This document shows positions 9,155-20,311 of a DNA stretch of 64,000 nt, piece by piece. This DNA comes from an uncultured Acidimicrobiaceae bacterium (lineage in GTDB: Bacteria; Actinomycetota; Acidimicrobiia; Spongiisociales; UBA5794). Position 1 is the stretch's first letter. Each line of letters starts with the position of its first letter. The notes under the pieces were generated by a model, which did not search any database, was not told the origin of the DNA, and worked only from the letters and a program-made list of their open reading frames with translations. A program made the position numbers and the translations under genes. Location of the stretch: positions 19,954-83,953 of the forward strand of contig CAMYMC010000042.1 in assembly GCA_947259365.1 (NCBI GenBank), in the 5' to 3' direction.

Positions 9155-9367
9155 ATGCCCTTCGTCACGATCAAGGCGCCCGAGGGCTCCTTCACACCCG
9201 CCGAGCAACAGCGCATGATCGACGGGGTCACCGAAGCGATGGCCGCGGGCGATGGCGAGAGCCTCCGCGACAAGATGCGGGTGATCTACGAGAAGGTGGT
9301 CGCCGGCCGCCGGCCCATCGGCGGCACCCCCAACCGAACACCGGCGCCGACGACCGCAGCCGGCTGA
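9155..9367 (+). CDS. tautomerase-family (4-oxalocrotonate tautomerase-like) small protein
   Basis: Starts MPFVTIK (catalytic Pro1 after Met removal). About 70 aa. Confidence 0.5.
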   Translation: MPFVTIKAPEGSFTPAEQQRMIDGVTEAMAAGDGESLRDKMRVIYEKVVAGRRPIGGTPNRTPAPTTAAG

Positions 9368-9415
9368 GGCGCACCAGGAGCGATCGGCGGCCGTGCCGGG
9401 GCGGCCCGAGAGGGC

Positions 9416-9838
9416 CTACTCCACGAGCGATCCGCCGATCGCTCGCGACCTGCCGCGGAAGTGGGCCACGGCGTCCCCGGCCGCGTCGGTGACGACGATG
9501 TCGTAGATCCCCGACCGCCCGAAACGCGCCGTCTCCCGCCCGACGGCGATGAGCCGGTCGCCGAGCCGGGCCGATTTCACGAACGTGATGTCGGCGCCGG
9601 AGGCGACGGACCGCTCGCCGTACGAGTTGCAGGCGTAGGCGAACGCGGCATCGGCAAGGGTGAAGATGAACCCGCCGTGGCAGAAACCGTGACCGTTGAC
9701 CATGTCCTCCCTCACCGTCATCGTCACGGTCGCCGCGCCCGGTGCCACGTCCTCGATGACGAGGCCGAGGCCCTGCGCGGCCCGGTCCTCCTCCCACATC
9801 GCCGTGGCGCTTGCGGCGGCGAGCTCGGCTGGCGTCAT
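9416..9838 (-). CDS. hotdog-fold thioesterase (PaaI/PaaD-like)
   Basis: NGHGFCHGGFIFTLADAAFAYACNS motif. Start at MTPAEL (ATG at 9838); the longer ORF upstream is low-complexity. Confidence 0.7.
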   Translation of the reverse strand: MTPAELAAASATAMWEEDRAAQGLGLVIEDVAPGAATVTMTVREDMVNGHGFCHGGFIFTLADAAFAYACNSYGERSVASGADITFVKSARLGDRLIAVGRETARFGRSGIYDIVVTDAAGDAVAHFRGRSRAIGGSLVE

Positions 9839-9947
9839 CGGTTCGGGCACGGGCGGCGAGGGTAGCCGGGCACGCTCCTCCGTGCCGGTCCCCGCCCCCC
9901 CGGTGTCGGCCTCGAACGCTCGAGGCGCGGGAGACTCAACCGGTTGT

Positions 9948-9974
9948 GTACCCCTCCCCCTGTGGGGTGGGTGC
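9948..9974. promoter_or_regulatory. CsoR operator (GC-rich pseudo-palindrome) with a downstream TAGCAT -10-like element
   Basis: GTACCCCTCCCCCTGTGGGGTGGGTGC resembles the M. tuberculosis CsoR operator CCCACCCCCAGTGGGGTGGG. Lies 44 nt upstream of csoR. Confidence 0.6.
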
Positions 9975-10017
9975 GCTAGCATGACCACGAGACGACAGCG
10001 GCGGCAGGGAGGCCCGG

Positions 10018-10320
10018 ATGAAAGAGGAGCACAAGAGAGCCGCGCTGAACAGGTTGAAGACGGTACGCGGCCATCTCGACGCCGTCATCGGCATGGTTGA
10101 CGATGAGCGGTACTGCCCGGACGTCATGAAGCAAGTCTCGGCGCTCCAGGGCTCGCTCGAGAAGGTGAACCGAGTGCTCCTCCAGAACCACGTCGAGACG
10201 TGCGTGCTCGATGCCGTCGAGGAGGGGCGGTCCGCCGAAGTCGTCGACGAGTTGATGGAGACGCTGCGCTACACCCCGGCCGTGACCGGACCCATCCACG
10301 AGGAGCATCAGCACACATGA
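10018..10320 (+). CDS. csoR: CsoR/RcnR-family copper-sensing transcriptional repressor
   Basis: LKTVRGHLDAVIGMVDDERYCPDVMKQVSA...ETC: Cys/His metal ligands of the DUF156 family. Confidence 0.85.
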   Translation: MKEEHKRAALNRLKTVRGHLDAVIGMVDDERYCPDVMKQVSALQGSLEKVNRVLLQNHVETCVLDAVEEGRSAEVVDELMETLRYTPAVTGPIHEEHQHT

Positions 10321-10520
10321 CCGAACTGACCCTGTCGGTGCCCGACATCCATTGCGGGCACTGCAAGACATCGATCGAGGGCGCCGTCGCCCAGCTCGAG
10401 GGCGTCGACCGCGTCGAGGTCGCGATCGAACAGCGCACCGTCGAGGTCCGATTCGACGAGCCCGTGACGAAGGAGGCGGTCGTCGCCGCCATCGAGAACC
10501 AGGGCTACGAGGTCGACTGA
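10317..10520 (+). CDS. copZ: copper chaperone CopZ (HMA domain)
   Basis: [21 protein letters not shown]; ATGA overlap with the csoR stop. Confidence 0.8.
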   Translation: MTELTLSVPDIHCGHCKTSIEGAVAQLEGVDRVEVAIEQRTVEVRFDEPVTKEAVVAAIENQGYEVD

Positions 10521-10533
10521 CATCGCCCCCGCC

Positions 10534-12687
<2,154 letters not shown>

Positions 12688-12754
12688 GCGCCATCCGGCG
12701 AGCCGGGAAGCCGTCGCGCCTGCCATGGCCCCTGGCTCCCGGTACCCTGGGGGC

Positions 12755-13615
12755 ATGGACCCGATCCACAAGTTGCGCCGTCCGATGCTGCGACGGCCGA
12801 GGGCAATCATCGCGTTCGAGGGCTGGAACGACGCCTGCGACGCCGCCTCCGGGGTCGTCACGTACCTGCTCGGTCAGTACAACGTCGACGAGCCCTTCGC
12901 CGTCCTCGAGCCGGACGAGTTCTTCGACTTCCAGGCGCACCGGCCCCAGGTCGCCATCGGCGAGGGCGGCACCAGGTCGCTGACGTGGCCGACGACACGG
13001 TTCTATGCGATCGAGCTGCCCGACGACGACCGCGACCTCGTCCTCGTCGTCGGTGAGGAGCCGAGTCACCGCTGGAAGACCTTCAGCCGTTCGATCACGT
13101 CGCTGCTCGCCGAGATGGGGGTCGAGCAGGCCGTGCTTCTCGGCGCCTTCATCGGTCAGGTGGCGCACACGAAGCCGGTCCCGGTCATCGGCGTCGCCAC
13201 CGATCCCGGCCTCGTCCTCCGCCACGGCCTCGTGACATCGAGCTACGAAGGCCCCACCGGGATCGTCGGTGTCCTCCAGGAGGCGTGCCGGGAGGAGGGG
13301 CTGCCCACGGTGAGCCTCTGGGCGGCCACCCCCCACTATCTGGCGGCGAACCCGAACCCGAAGGCCATGCTCGCCCTGACGAAGAAAGCCGGAACGGTCC
13401 TCGACCTCGGGATCGACACCAGCGAGCTCGAGAAGGTCGTCGAGGAATTCCTGGCGAGGGTCTCCGCGGCGGTCAGCGCCTCGGAGGAGTTCACCTCGTA
13501 CGTTGCCCAGCTCGAGCGCGACGCGGACCGCACGCCCCAGATCGGCGAGATCGACGCCGGCGTCACCGACGAGCTCGTCAACGAGATCGAGGACTTCCTC
13601 CGCGAGCAGGGCTGA
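12755..13615 (+). CDS. PAC2-family (proteasome assembly chaperone-like) protein
   Basis: IIAFEGWNDACDAAS...GEEPSHRWK...GPTGIVG motifs typical of the actinobacterial PAC2 family. Confidence 0.7.
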   Translation: MDPIHKLRRPMLRRPRAIIAFEGWNDACDAASGVVTYLLGQYNVDEPFAVLEPDEFFDFQAHRPQVAIGEGGTRSLTWPTTRFYAIELPDDDRDLVLVVGEEPSHRWKTFSRSITSLLAEMGVEQAVLLGAFIGQVAHTKPVPVIGVATDPGLVLRHGLVTSSYEGPTGIVGVLQEACREEGLPTVSLWAATPHYLAANPNPKAMLALTKKAGTVLDLGIDTSELEKVVEEFLARVSAAVSASEEFTSYVAQLERDADRTPQIGEIDAGVTDELVNEIEDFLREQG

Positions 13616-13629
13616 GTAGCCCGGCGCCG

Positions 13630-14103
13630 CTACCCGTCGGTGGGGCGCCGCCGGTGCGTGTCTCGAGGAATCTCCTTGCTGCCTGCCTCGAGTTCGCGGT
13701 CGTCGCGGGCCACCTGGGCGAGCGTGGCGCTCGCGAGCTCGTTCACCAGGGCGGAACGAGCTGCGCTCCACACCCAGTGGAGCGCACAGACGTTGTCCCA
13801 ACGACAGGGGCCGTCGCGCAAGGCACATTCCCCCGTCTCCAGCGACCCCTCGACGGCCTCGACGATCTCGAGGATCGTGACGTCGTCGGGATCACGGGTG
13901 AGGGCATACCCGCCTCCCCGACCGGGTCGCGATGTGACGAGACCGGCGCGCTGGAGCGCTTGGAAGACCTGGTGGAGAAACCCCTGGGGGATGATCATCG
14001 CCTCGGCGACATTCCCCGCAGTGCTCCGCGATCCGTTGTTGTTCGCGAGATAGACGAGGCCCCGGATGGCGTAGTCAGTGCGTCGGGTGGGAACGAGTTT
14101 CAC
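13630..14103 (-). CDS. Rrf2-family transcriptional regulator with three conserved Cys (probable Fe-S)
   Basis: N-terminal wHTH (DYAIRGLVYLA). CALRDGPCRWDNVCALH cysteine triad as in NsrR/IscR. Confidence 0.75.
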   Translation of the reverse strand: MKLVPTRRTDYAIRGLVYLANNNGSRSTAGNVAEAMIIPQGFLHQVFQALQRAGLVTSRPGRGGGYALTRDPDDVTILEIVEAVEGSLETGECALRDGPCRWDNVCALHWVWSAARSALVNELASATLAQVARDDRELEAGSKEIPRDTHRRRPTDG

Positions 14104-14144
14104 GTCTGGGTAGAAATGTACACAACTTCAGGAAAGAAATCCCG

Positions 14145-14158
14145 GGTTACGTAGGTAA
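14145..14158. promoter_or_regulatory. inverted repeat GTTACGTAGGTAAC in an AT-rich divergent promoter region (candidate Rrf2 operator)
   Basis: GTTAC...GTAAC arms. Unusually AT-rich 14104-14165 between the Rrf2 and GGDEF genes. Confidence 0.35.
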
Positions 14159-14279
14159 CGGCGCGGCGTCGGAGCGCGTGACCGGTCATGAGCCTGGGGG
14201 CGCCGGTGAAACCCTCAACGGAGCTCCCATACGGCCGACATAGAACGGGACCGCGCCGAATGGCCCTCCGGGGTACTGG

Positions 14280-15350
14280 ATGATCGTTGCCGAACGCCCT
14301 CACAACGAGCCAGGACGGCTCGCCGAGTTGCGGGCCCTCGACGTGCTGGACACCTTGCCCGAGCAGGGCTACGACGACATCACCTTCCTCGCCTCGCAGA
14401 TCTGCGCCACGCCGATCGCACTCGTCAGCCTCATCGACGACGACCGGCAGTGGTTCAAGTCCCGGGTCGGGCTGGAGACAGAGGAGACCCATCGTGACCT
14501 GGCGTTCTGCGCCCACGCCATCCTCGAACCAGAAGACGTCCTCGTCGTCCCCGATGCCGCCCGCGACGAGCGGTTCGCCGCCAACCCCCTCGTCACCGGC
14601 GACCCGAACATCCGCTTCTACGCCGGGGCGCCCCTCATGAGCAGCTCTGGCAATGCGCTCGGCACGCTGTGTGTGATCGACCGCGTCCCCCGCGAACTGA
14701 CCGAGGACCAGCAAACCGCGCTGCGTGCACTGTCCCGTCAGGTGATGGCTCAGCTGGACCTGCGCCGGCTCGTGCGGGACCTGGAGTCGTCCGTCCGGGA
14801 GCGGGACACCTACCAGTCTCTGCTCGAGGACTACCAGCGGCAGCTCGAGGAGAGCCTCGCTTCGGCGACCGCGCGAAGCCTGACGGATCCGCTCACCGGG
14901 GTCAACAACCGGCGAGCGTTCGAAGAGCGCCTCGCCGAGGAGCTGCAACGCAACCGGCGCTCCGGCACCACCCTGTCGCTGGCGCTCATCGACGTCGACC
15001 ACTTCAAGTCCTACAACGACACGCTGGGGCACTCGGCCGGCGATGCGGCGCTCGAGCGCCTGGCGGCGACGCTCGTCGACACGAGCCGGTCGACCGATTT
15101 CGTCGCCCGGTATGGCGGGGAGGAATTCGCCGTCCTCCTCCCCAACACCGATGCCGAGGGCGGGTACATCCTCGCCGAGCGGTTCCGCAAGGCGGTCGAG
15201 TGCGCGCAGTGGCCGCACCGCGCCATGACGGTGAGCATCGGCGTCGCCACCTCCGCCGCCGCGATCGCGCCCGACGAGCTGATCACGACGGCCGACGAGG
15301 CGCTGTATCGGGCAAAGGAGAGGGGTCGCAACCGCGTCGTAGCCGCCTGA
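14280..15350 (+). CDS. GAF-domain diguanylate cyclase (GGDEF; GGEEF active site)
   Basis: N-terminal GAF domain. RYGGEEF, DHFKSYND. Confidence 0.85.
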   Translation: MIVAERPHNEPGRLAELRALDVLDTLPEQGYDDITFLASQICATPIALVSLIDDDRQWFKSRVGLETEETHRDLAFCAHAILEPEDVLVVPDAARDERFAANPLVTGDPNIRFYAGAPLMSSSGNALGTLCVIDRVPRELTEDQQTALRALSRQVMAQLDLRRLVRDLESSVRERDTYQSLLEDYQRQLEESLASATARSLTDPLTGVNNRRAFEERLAEELQRNRRSGTTLSLALIDVDHFKSYNDTLGHSAGDAALERLAATLVDTSRSTDFVARYGGEEFAVLLPNTDAEGGYILAERFRKAVECAQWPHRAMTVSIGVATSAAAIAPDELITTADEALYRAKERGRNRVVAA

Positions 15351-15454
15351 CGGTCCCCTCGGGCTTCCGACGCTCGACGCGCGCCTCCGGTTGCACCGGC
15401 GTCGGCGGGTCTCTCGACCGTCGGCGCCCGGGCCTGCGCTACCGTTGCCCGCCG

Positions 15455-15847
15455 ATGTCTCAGCTCCAAGCCATCAAGTGGGTGCACCTGCTCGCCGTTG
15501 CCACGTGGACGGGGGGCTTGATCACGCTCGCCGCGCTCGTCCCGGTCCTGCGGCGGCAGGGCGCGGAGACCGGGACCTTGCGGGCGGTGGCACGCCGGTT
15601 CGGCGTCGTGTCGTGGATCGCGCTCGGGGTCGCCGTCATCACCGGTGTCTGGCAGGTGACCGAGCTCGACCTCCCCTGGACCGACGGCACCCTCAACCTC
15701 AAGCTGAGTCTCGTCGGCGTCGCCGCTGTGCTCGCCCTCGTGCACCAGCTCACGGCGAGGCGGACCTCGCCCGCCGTGAGAGGCATGCTCCAGGGCCTCA
15801 TCCTCGTCGTGAGCATCGCGGTCTTCGGGGTTGCCGTGACTCTCTGA
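15455..15847 (+). CDS. small integral membrane protein (4 TM), hypothetical
   Basis: MSQLQAIKWVHLLAVATWTGGLITLAAL...; hydrophobic helices throughout. Confidence 0.5.
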   Translation: MSQLQAIKWVHLLAVATWTGGLITLAALVPVLRRQGAETGTLRAVARRFGVVSWIALGVAVITGVWQVTELDLPWTDGTLNLKLSLVGVAAVLALVHQLTARRTSPAVRGMLQGLILVVSIAVFGVAVTL

Positions 15848-15848
15848 C

Positions 15849-16979
15849 TCAGAGTGCGGAGGCGACGACGTCGAGCAATCGATCGACGTCGGCGTCGGTC
15901 GTGAAGAGGTGGGGGGCCACCCTCATCGAGTCGCCGCGCATGCTCACGTACACCCGGGCCTTCTGCAGATCCTCCATCAGCCCCGGGGGTACGCCATCCG
16001 GGAAGCGAACCCCCATCATGTGGGCGACCCGTGTCGCCTCCGGTGCCGGGTCGAGGCCGAGGGCGGCCGCCTCCTCTTCGACTGTGGCGTTGATCGCCCC
16101 CAGCGTGGCGGTGATCTCATCGAGCCCCCAATCGAGGAGCTGATCGAGCGCCGCCCGCAGCATCGGCATCGCGATGAAGTCGCCGAACTCGCCGACGTCG
16201 TACCGCCGGGCGCCCGGCTGGAACGACGTCGTGTAGTCGACGAGCCTCGAGAAGTCGGAAGAGCCTTCCCGCGGCAGCCAGCCGAATTCGATGGGGACAC
16301 CCGCTCGCTGGTCCTCGGCCGCCCAGAGGTACCCGGTCCGGTACGGCCCCAGCAACCACTTGTAGCCGACCGTGATGAGGAAGTCGGGGCGAACCGTATC
16401 CACGTCGAGCCTGCGGGCGCCCGCCGACTGGGACGCATCGACGACGAGGGCGGCCCCCGCGCCACGAGTGGCCTCACCCACGGCAACGAGATCGACGAGG
16501 GAGCCGTCCGTCCAGTGGCATTCCGGCACGGCGACGACGGCGGTTCGCCCATCGATCGCGTCGAGGATCGCCGGCGTCCACGCCCCAGTCGGCCGCGGCA
16601 CCGTGACGAGATCAGCGCCGGTCAGCTCCGCCACCCTCCACCACGGGTAGATGTTGGACGGGAACTGCTCGGCGAGCACAACGACGGTCTGGCCGGCGCG
16701 GATCGACACGTTGGCGGCGGCGACGGAGATCCCGTAGCTCACCGAGGGGATGAGTGCCACGCCGTCGGGATCGGCGCCGATGACCCGCCCGAATCGCTCC
16801 CGCACCGCCTCGGCGGGCGTGAAGAAGTCGTCAGGGACGACGTTCCACGGGTGCTCCTTGGCGGCGAGACCCTCGCGGCCTGCGGCCGTCACGGCCCTCA
16901 GCTGCGGCGTGAGGTAGGCGCAGTTGAGGTAGGCGACATCGTCGGGCAGATCGAACAACGATCGCTGATTGGGGATCAT
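15849..16979 (-). CDS. aminotransferase class V-fold PLP-dependent enzyme
   Basis: ITVGYKWLLGPYRTGYLW; fold-type I PLP Lys region. Confidence 0.7.
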   Translation of the reverse strand: MIPNQRSLFDLPDDVAYLNCAYLTPQLRAVTAAGREGLAAKEHPWNVVPDDFFTPAEAVRERFGRVIGADPDGVALIPSVSYGISVAAANVSIRAGQTVVVLAEQFPSNIYPWWRVAELTGADLVTVPRPTGAWTPAILDAIDGRTAVVAVPECHWTDGSLVDLVAVGEATRGAGAALVVDASQSAGARRLDVDTVRPDFLITVGYKWLLGPYRTGYLWAAEDQRAGVPIEFGWLPREGSSDFSRLVDYTTSFQPGARRYDVGEFGDFIAMPMLRAALDQLLDWGLDEITATLGAINATVEEEAAALGLDPAPEATRVAHMMGVRFPDGVPPGLMEDLQKARVYVSMRGDSMRVAPHLFTTDADVDRLLDVVASAL

Positions 16980-17037
16980 CGGCGAGGTCGGCCTCCACCG
17001 GAGGAAGCCCCGGCCTGGGCCGGCCGGGGCTCGCTGG

Positions 17038-17130
17038 TCACTTCTTCCGCTTGTGCCGATTCGCCTTCAACCGCTTGCGGTACTTGTGCTTCGACATCTT
17101 CTTGCGGCGCTTCTTGATCAGCGAGCCCAT
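17038..17130 (-). CDS. ribosomal protein bS22 (30-aa, Lys/Arg-rich), absent from the ORF track
   Basis: MGSLIKKRRKKMSKHKYRKRLKANRHKRKK resembles mycobacterial bS22 (MGSVIKKRRKRMSKKKHRK...). Confidence 0.7.
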   Translation of the reverse strand: MGSLIKKRRKKMSKHKYRKRLKANRHKRKK

Positions 17131-17250
17131 GTATCAGACCTTCGTGTCACGGATGTTGGAAACCTGCCGCCGCGCTTCGCGGGGAGGCGGCGGGGCGCCC
17201 ATAGGTTCGCGTGCGACGGCGGGAACCGCAAGCCACCCTATGATCGCGCG

Positions 17251-17991
17251 ATGCCACCGGTCATCGGGATCACGACGCGTCCCCGCACGATCGCCACCTC
17301 CGGCGGCCAGCTCGGAGCCGACACGCTACAGCACACCTACCGCGACTCCGTGGCCAGAGGTGGAGGGGTGCCGTTGCCGCTGTCGCCGGTGCGTACCGAC
17401 CACGTCGGCCTCCTCCTCGACCGGCTCGACGGGCTCGTCCTCACCGGCGGCGGTGACGTCGCCCCCGAGGCCTACGGCGGTTCGCGCAGCGAGGCGACAT
17501 ACGGCATCGACGACGAGCGCGACGCCTTCGAGTTCGCCCTCGCCATTGGGGCGAAAGAGCGACGGATGCCGGTGCTCGCCATCTGCCGAGGCCTCCAGGT
17601 CGTCAACGTCGCCCTCGGTGGCACCCTCATCGAGGACATCCCCTCCTTCAACGGATCGAGCCACCATGCGGTGCGCGGCGACGGCGTCTTCACCCCGCAC
17701 CAGCAGGTCACGCTCGACGAGGGATGCCTTCTCGCCCGCGTCGTCGGGTCGACCCGCCTCCACGTCAACTCGATCCACCATCAGGCCATCCAGGACGTCG
17801 CCGCCGGCTTGCGCGTCGTCGGCCGCAGCGCCGACGGCATCATCGAAGCGGTCCAGGCCGAGGACGACACCTGGCCGTTGCTCGCCGTGCAGTGGCATCC
17901 CGAGTACCTCGGCGATGCCGGTGACGAAGCCTCCCGCGCTCTCTTCTCCGCCCTCGCCGGGGCGGCGAGCGGGGCGCGTTCGGTGGGCTGA
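17251..17991 (+). CDS. class I glutamine amidotransferase-like hydrolase (gamma-glutamyl-GABA hydrolase/PuuD, peptidase C26 family)
   Basis: LTGGGDVAPEAYG; AICRGLQVVNVALGGTL; WHPE. Confidence 0.7.
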   Translation: MPPVIGITTRPRTIATSGGQLGADTLQHTYRDSVARGGGVPLPLSPVRTDHVGLLLDRLDGLVLTGGGDVAPEAYGGSRSEATYGIDDERDAFEFALAIGAKERRMPVLAICRGLQVVNVALGGTLIEDIPSFNGSSHHAVRGDGVFTPHQQVTLDEGCLLARVVGSTRLHVNSIHHQAIQDVAAGLRVVGRSADGIIEAVQAEDDTWPLLAVQWHPEYLGDAGDEASRALFSALAGAASGARSVG

Positions 17992-18035
17992 ACGGCGCGG
18001 CCCCGCTCACGCCGCGCCTCGCCTACCGTGGCCCG

Positions 18036-18473
18036 ATGCGAGCCGTCTTCGTGTGTGCCGGCAACATCTGCCGCTCCCCCATGGCGGAGGCCATCGCCCG
18101 CTCCGCCCACGCCGACACCGGGTGGGAGTTCGCGAGCGCCGGGATCGCAACCGTCGCCGGTCGCCCGCCGACACCAGATGCCCTCGCCGCCCTCGCCGAA
18201 CTCGGGATCGACGCCTCCGATCTGCGCTCGAAGCACGTCGACGGCGAGCGGGTCCAGACCGCCGACCGCATCTACGGCATGGAGCCGTCCCATGTCGAGT
18301 GGGTCCGGAGGCGGTGGCCGGATACGGCGGGGCGGGTTGCGCTCCTCGACCCTACGGGAGCACCGATCCACGACCCCTACGGGCGTTCCTACCCGACGTA
18401 CGTCACAACCCGTGACCGCATCGTCGCCGCATTGGCGCGGCGTGCCGTCGAATGGACCCCGACGCTCAGCTGA
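18036..18473 (+). CDS. low-molecular-weight protein-tyrosine phosphatase
   Basis: P-loop VFVCAGNICRSPMAEA (CX5R). Confidence 0.8.
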   Translation: MRAVFVCAGNICRSPMAEAIARSAHADTGWEFASAGIATVAGRPPTPDALAALAELGIDASDLRSKHVDGERVQTADRIYGMEPSHVEWVRRRWPDTAGRVALLDPTGAPIHDPYGRSYPTYVTTRDRIVAALARRAVEWTPTLS

Positions 18474-19311
18474 TCCCGTGGCGGGCCATCGCAGGCTCGA
18501 GCACACGGCCTCCGCCGCCGAGCCCGGCGTCGAGGGCCGACCTCACTGCAGAGACGGTCTCCTCCGTGCACACGGCGAGGGCACTCGGCCCCGCCCCGCT
18601 CCACGAGGCGTGGAGCGCGCCCGCCTCCAGCGCCGCCGCCATGAGCCGGCCCGTCAGCGGTGAGAGCTCCCGTCGGGGGACCTCGTGGATCTCGTCGTAC
18701 CCGGCTGCGGCGAGTGCTGTCGGGTCCGCCGTCCTGAGGCCCTCGATGAGGAACCCGACCCGCGCCAGGTTGCGGGCGACTGCCGCGAGTTCCACGGTTG
18801 CGGGCAGCGCAGCACGGGCCAGATCGGTGGGCAGCTTGTACTCGGGCACTGCGATGAGGATCCGCAGCGCCGGCGACATCTCGAGGTGACGCCACCTCCC
18901 TGCCGGGCTGGCGAGCACGAGCCCCCCGTAGACGGCGGCGGCGGCGTTGTCGGCATGTCCCTCGAGCCGGTTCACGATGTCGAACAGCTCTCCGTCGCCG
19001 CACGGCTCATCGAGTGCGCGCCGAGACGCCGCCGCGGTCGCCGCGGTCACCGCCGAGGACGACCCGAGGCCCTTGGAGCGGGGGATGGCGTTGTCGATCT
19101 CGATCCGCATCGGGCGACCGACCGCCAAAAGGGCCGCCCGCACGACGAGGTCGTCCTCGCCGGGGAAGGTCGTTTCCCCGTCCTGGCGGATCTCCCAAAG
19201 CCCAGCCGGCTCGGCCCGCACCCGGCAACGCAGGTCGAGAGCGAGGGCGATGCAGTCGAAGCCCGGGCCGAGGTTCCCGGACGACGCCGGGGCGGAGGCG
19301 ACGCCGCTCAT
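18466..19311 (-). CDS. thrB: homoserine kinase
   Basis: GHMP kinase motif PRSKGLGSSSA; 281 aa; ATG at 19311. Confidence 0.8.
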   Translation of the reverse strand: MSGVASAPASSGNLGPGFDCIALALDLRCRVRAEPAGLWEIRQDGETTFPGEDDLVVRAALLAVGRPMRIEIDNAIPRSKGLGSSSAVTAATAAASRRALDEPCGDGELFDIVNRLEGHADNAAAAVYGGLVLASPAGRWRHLEMSPALRILIAVPEYKLPTDLARAALPATVELAAVARNLARVGFLIEGLRTADPTALAAAGYDEIHEVPRRELSPLTGRLMAAALEAGALHASWSGAGPSALAVCTEETVSAVRSALDAGLGGGGRVLEPAMARHGIS

Positions 19312-20219
19312 GGCGGCGGTGTCTCCAGCTCGACGAAGATCTGGGTTGCATCCGGCACCGCTGCGCGCACGCGCGCCTCGATGTCGTCGATGGCCGCCTC
19401 GACCTCGGCACCGCTGAGTAGCGGATCGAGTTCGACGTCCATGTTGACGAGGATCTCCGTCGACGACAGCTGCATCGTGAGGAGGCGCCCGATCGACCGC
19501 ACCCGGGGAACCGCCAGCGTCGCGGTGCGGATGAGGGATCGCTCGCGGCGGGTGGCGGCCTCGCCGACGAGGAGCGCCTTCATCTCCAGGGCCAGGATCC
19601 AGGCAACCGAGGCGAGGACGACCGCGATCGCAATCGAAGCGACGCCGTCCCACTGCGACCACCCCGTGTAGTGGGAGAGGAGCAGGCCGGCGGCGGCGAT
19701 GGCGACCCCCACGGTGGCCGCGATGTCCTCGAAGACGACGACGAGGAGCGCCGGGTCTCGCATGTCGCGCACCGTCGCCCACACGGAGCGGCTTCCCCGC
19801 ACCCGGTTGAACGACGCGAGGGCGGGCCGCAGCGCCAGCACGATCTCGAAGACCGCGGCGGCGGCGAGCACGGCGAGGCTGAAGACCAGCCCTTGCTGCT
19901 CCTCGGGATGGCGGATGCGTTCGAGACCCTCGATGAACGCGACGACCGCCCCACCGACGAAGAGGAAGACGGCGACCATGAAGCTCCAGAAGTAGAGCTC
20001 CTTGCCGCGCCCGAACGGGTGCTGTGTCGTCGGGGCATACCGGGACACGGCTGCCCCCCTGAGGAGGAAGAGCTGGTTACCGGTGTCGGCGACGGAGTGG
20101 AAGCCCTCGGCAAGCATCGCCGAGCTGCCGGAGACGGCGGCCGCGATGAACTTCACCACAGCGATGAGGCCGTTGGCGGTCAGCGCCAGAAGAACGAGGG
20201 TGCGGGACTCGGCGGCCAT
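19308..20219 (-). CDS. cation diffusion facilitator (CDF) family metal efflux transporter
   Basis: 6 TM plus C-terminal cytoplasmic domain. HSVADTGNQ motif. Overlaps the thrB start. Confidence 0.75.
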   Translation of the reverse strand: MAAESRTLVLLALTANGLIAVVKFIAAAVSGSSAMLAEGFHSVADTGNQLFLLRGAAVSRYAPTTQHPFGRGKELYFWSFMVAVFLFVGGAVVAFIEGLERIRHPEEQQGLVFSLAVLAAAAVFEIVLALRPALASFNRVRGSRSVWATVRDMRDPALLVVVFEDIAATVGVAIAAAGLLLSHYTGWSQWDGVASIAIAVVLASVAWILALEMKALLVGEAATRRERSLIRTATLAVPRVRSIGRLLTMQLSSTEILVNMDVELDPLLSGAEVEAAIDDIEARVRAAVPDATQIFVELETPPP

Positions 20220-20311
20220 GGCGCACCGGAGGCTAGCCCTGCGATCGTCCTCGCCTCTCTCCCTGAACACCGCCCGCGGGCCGGCGCCCCATCCGGGCGT
20301 ACGATCTCGCC

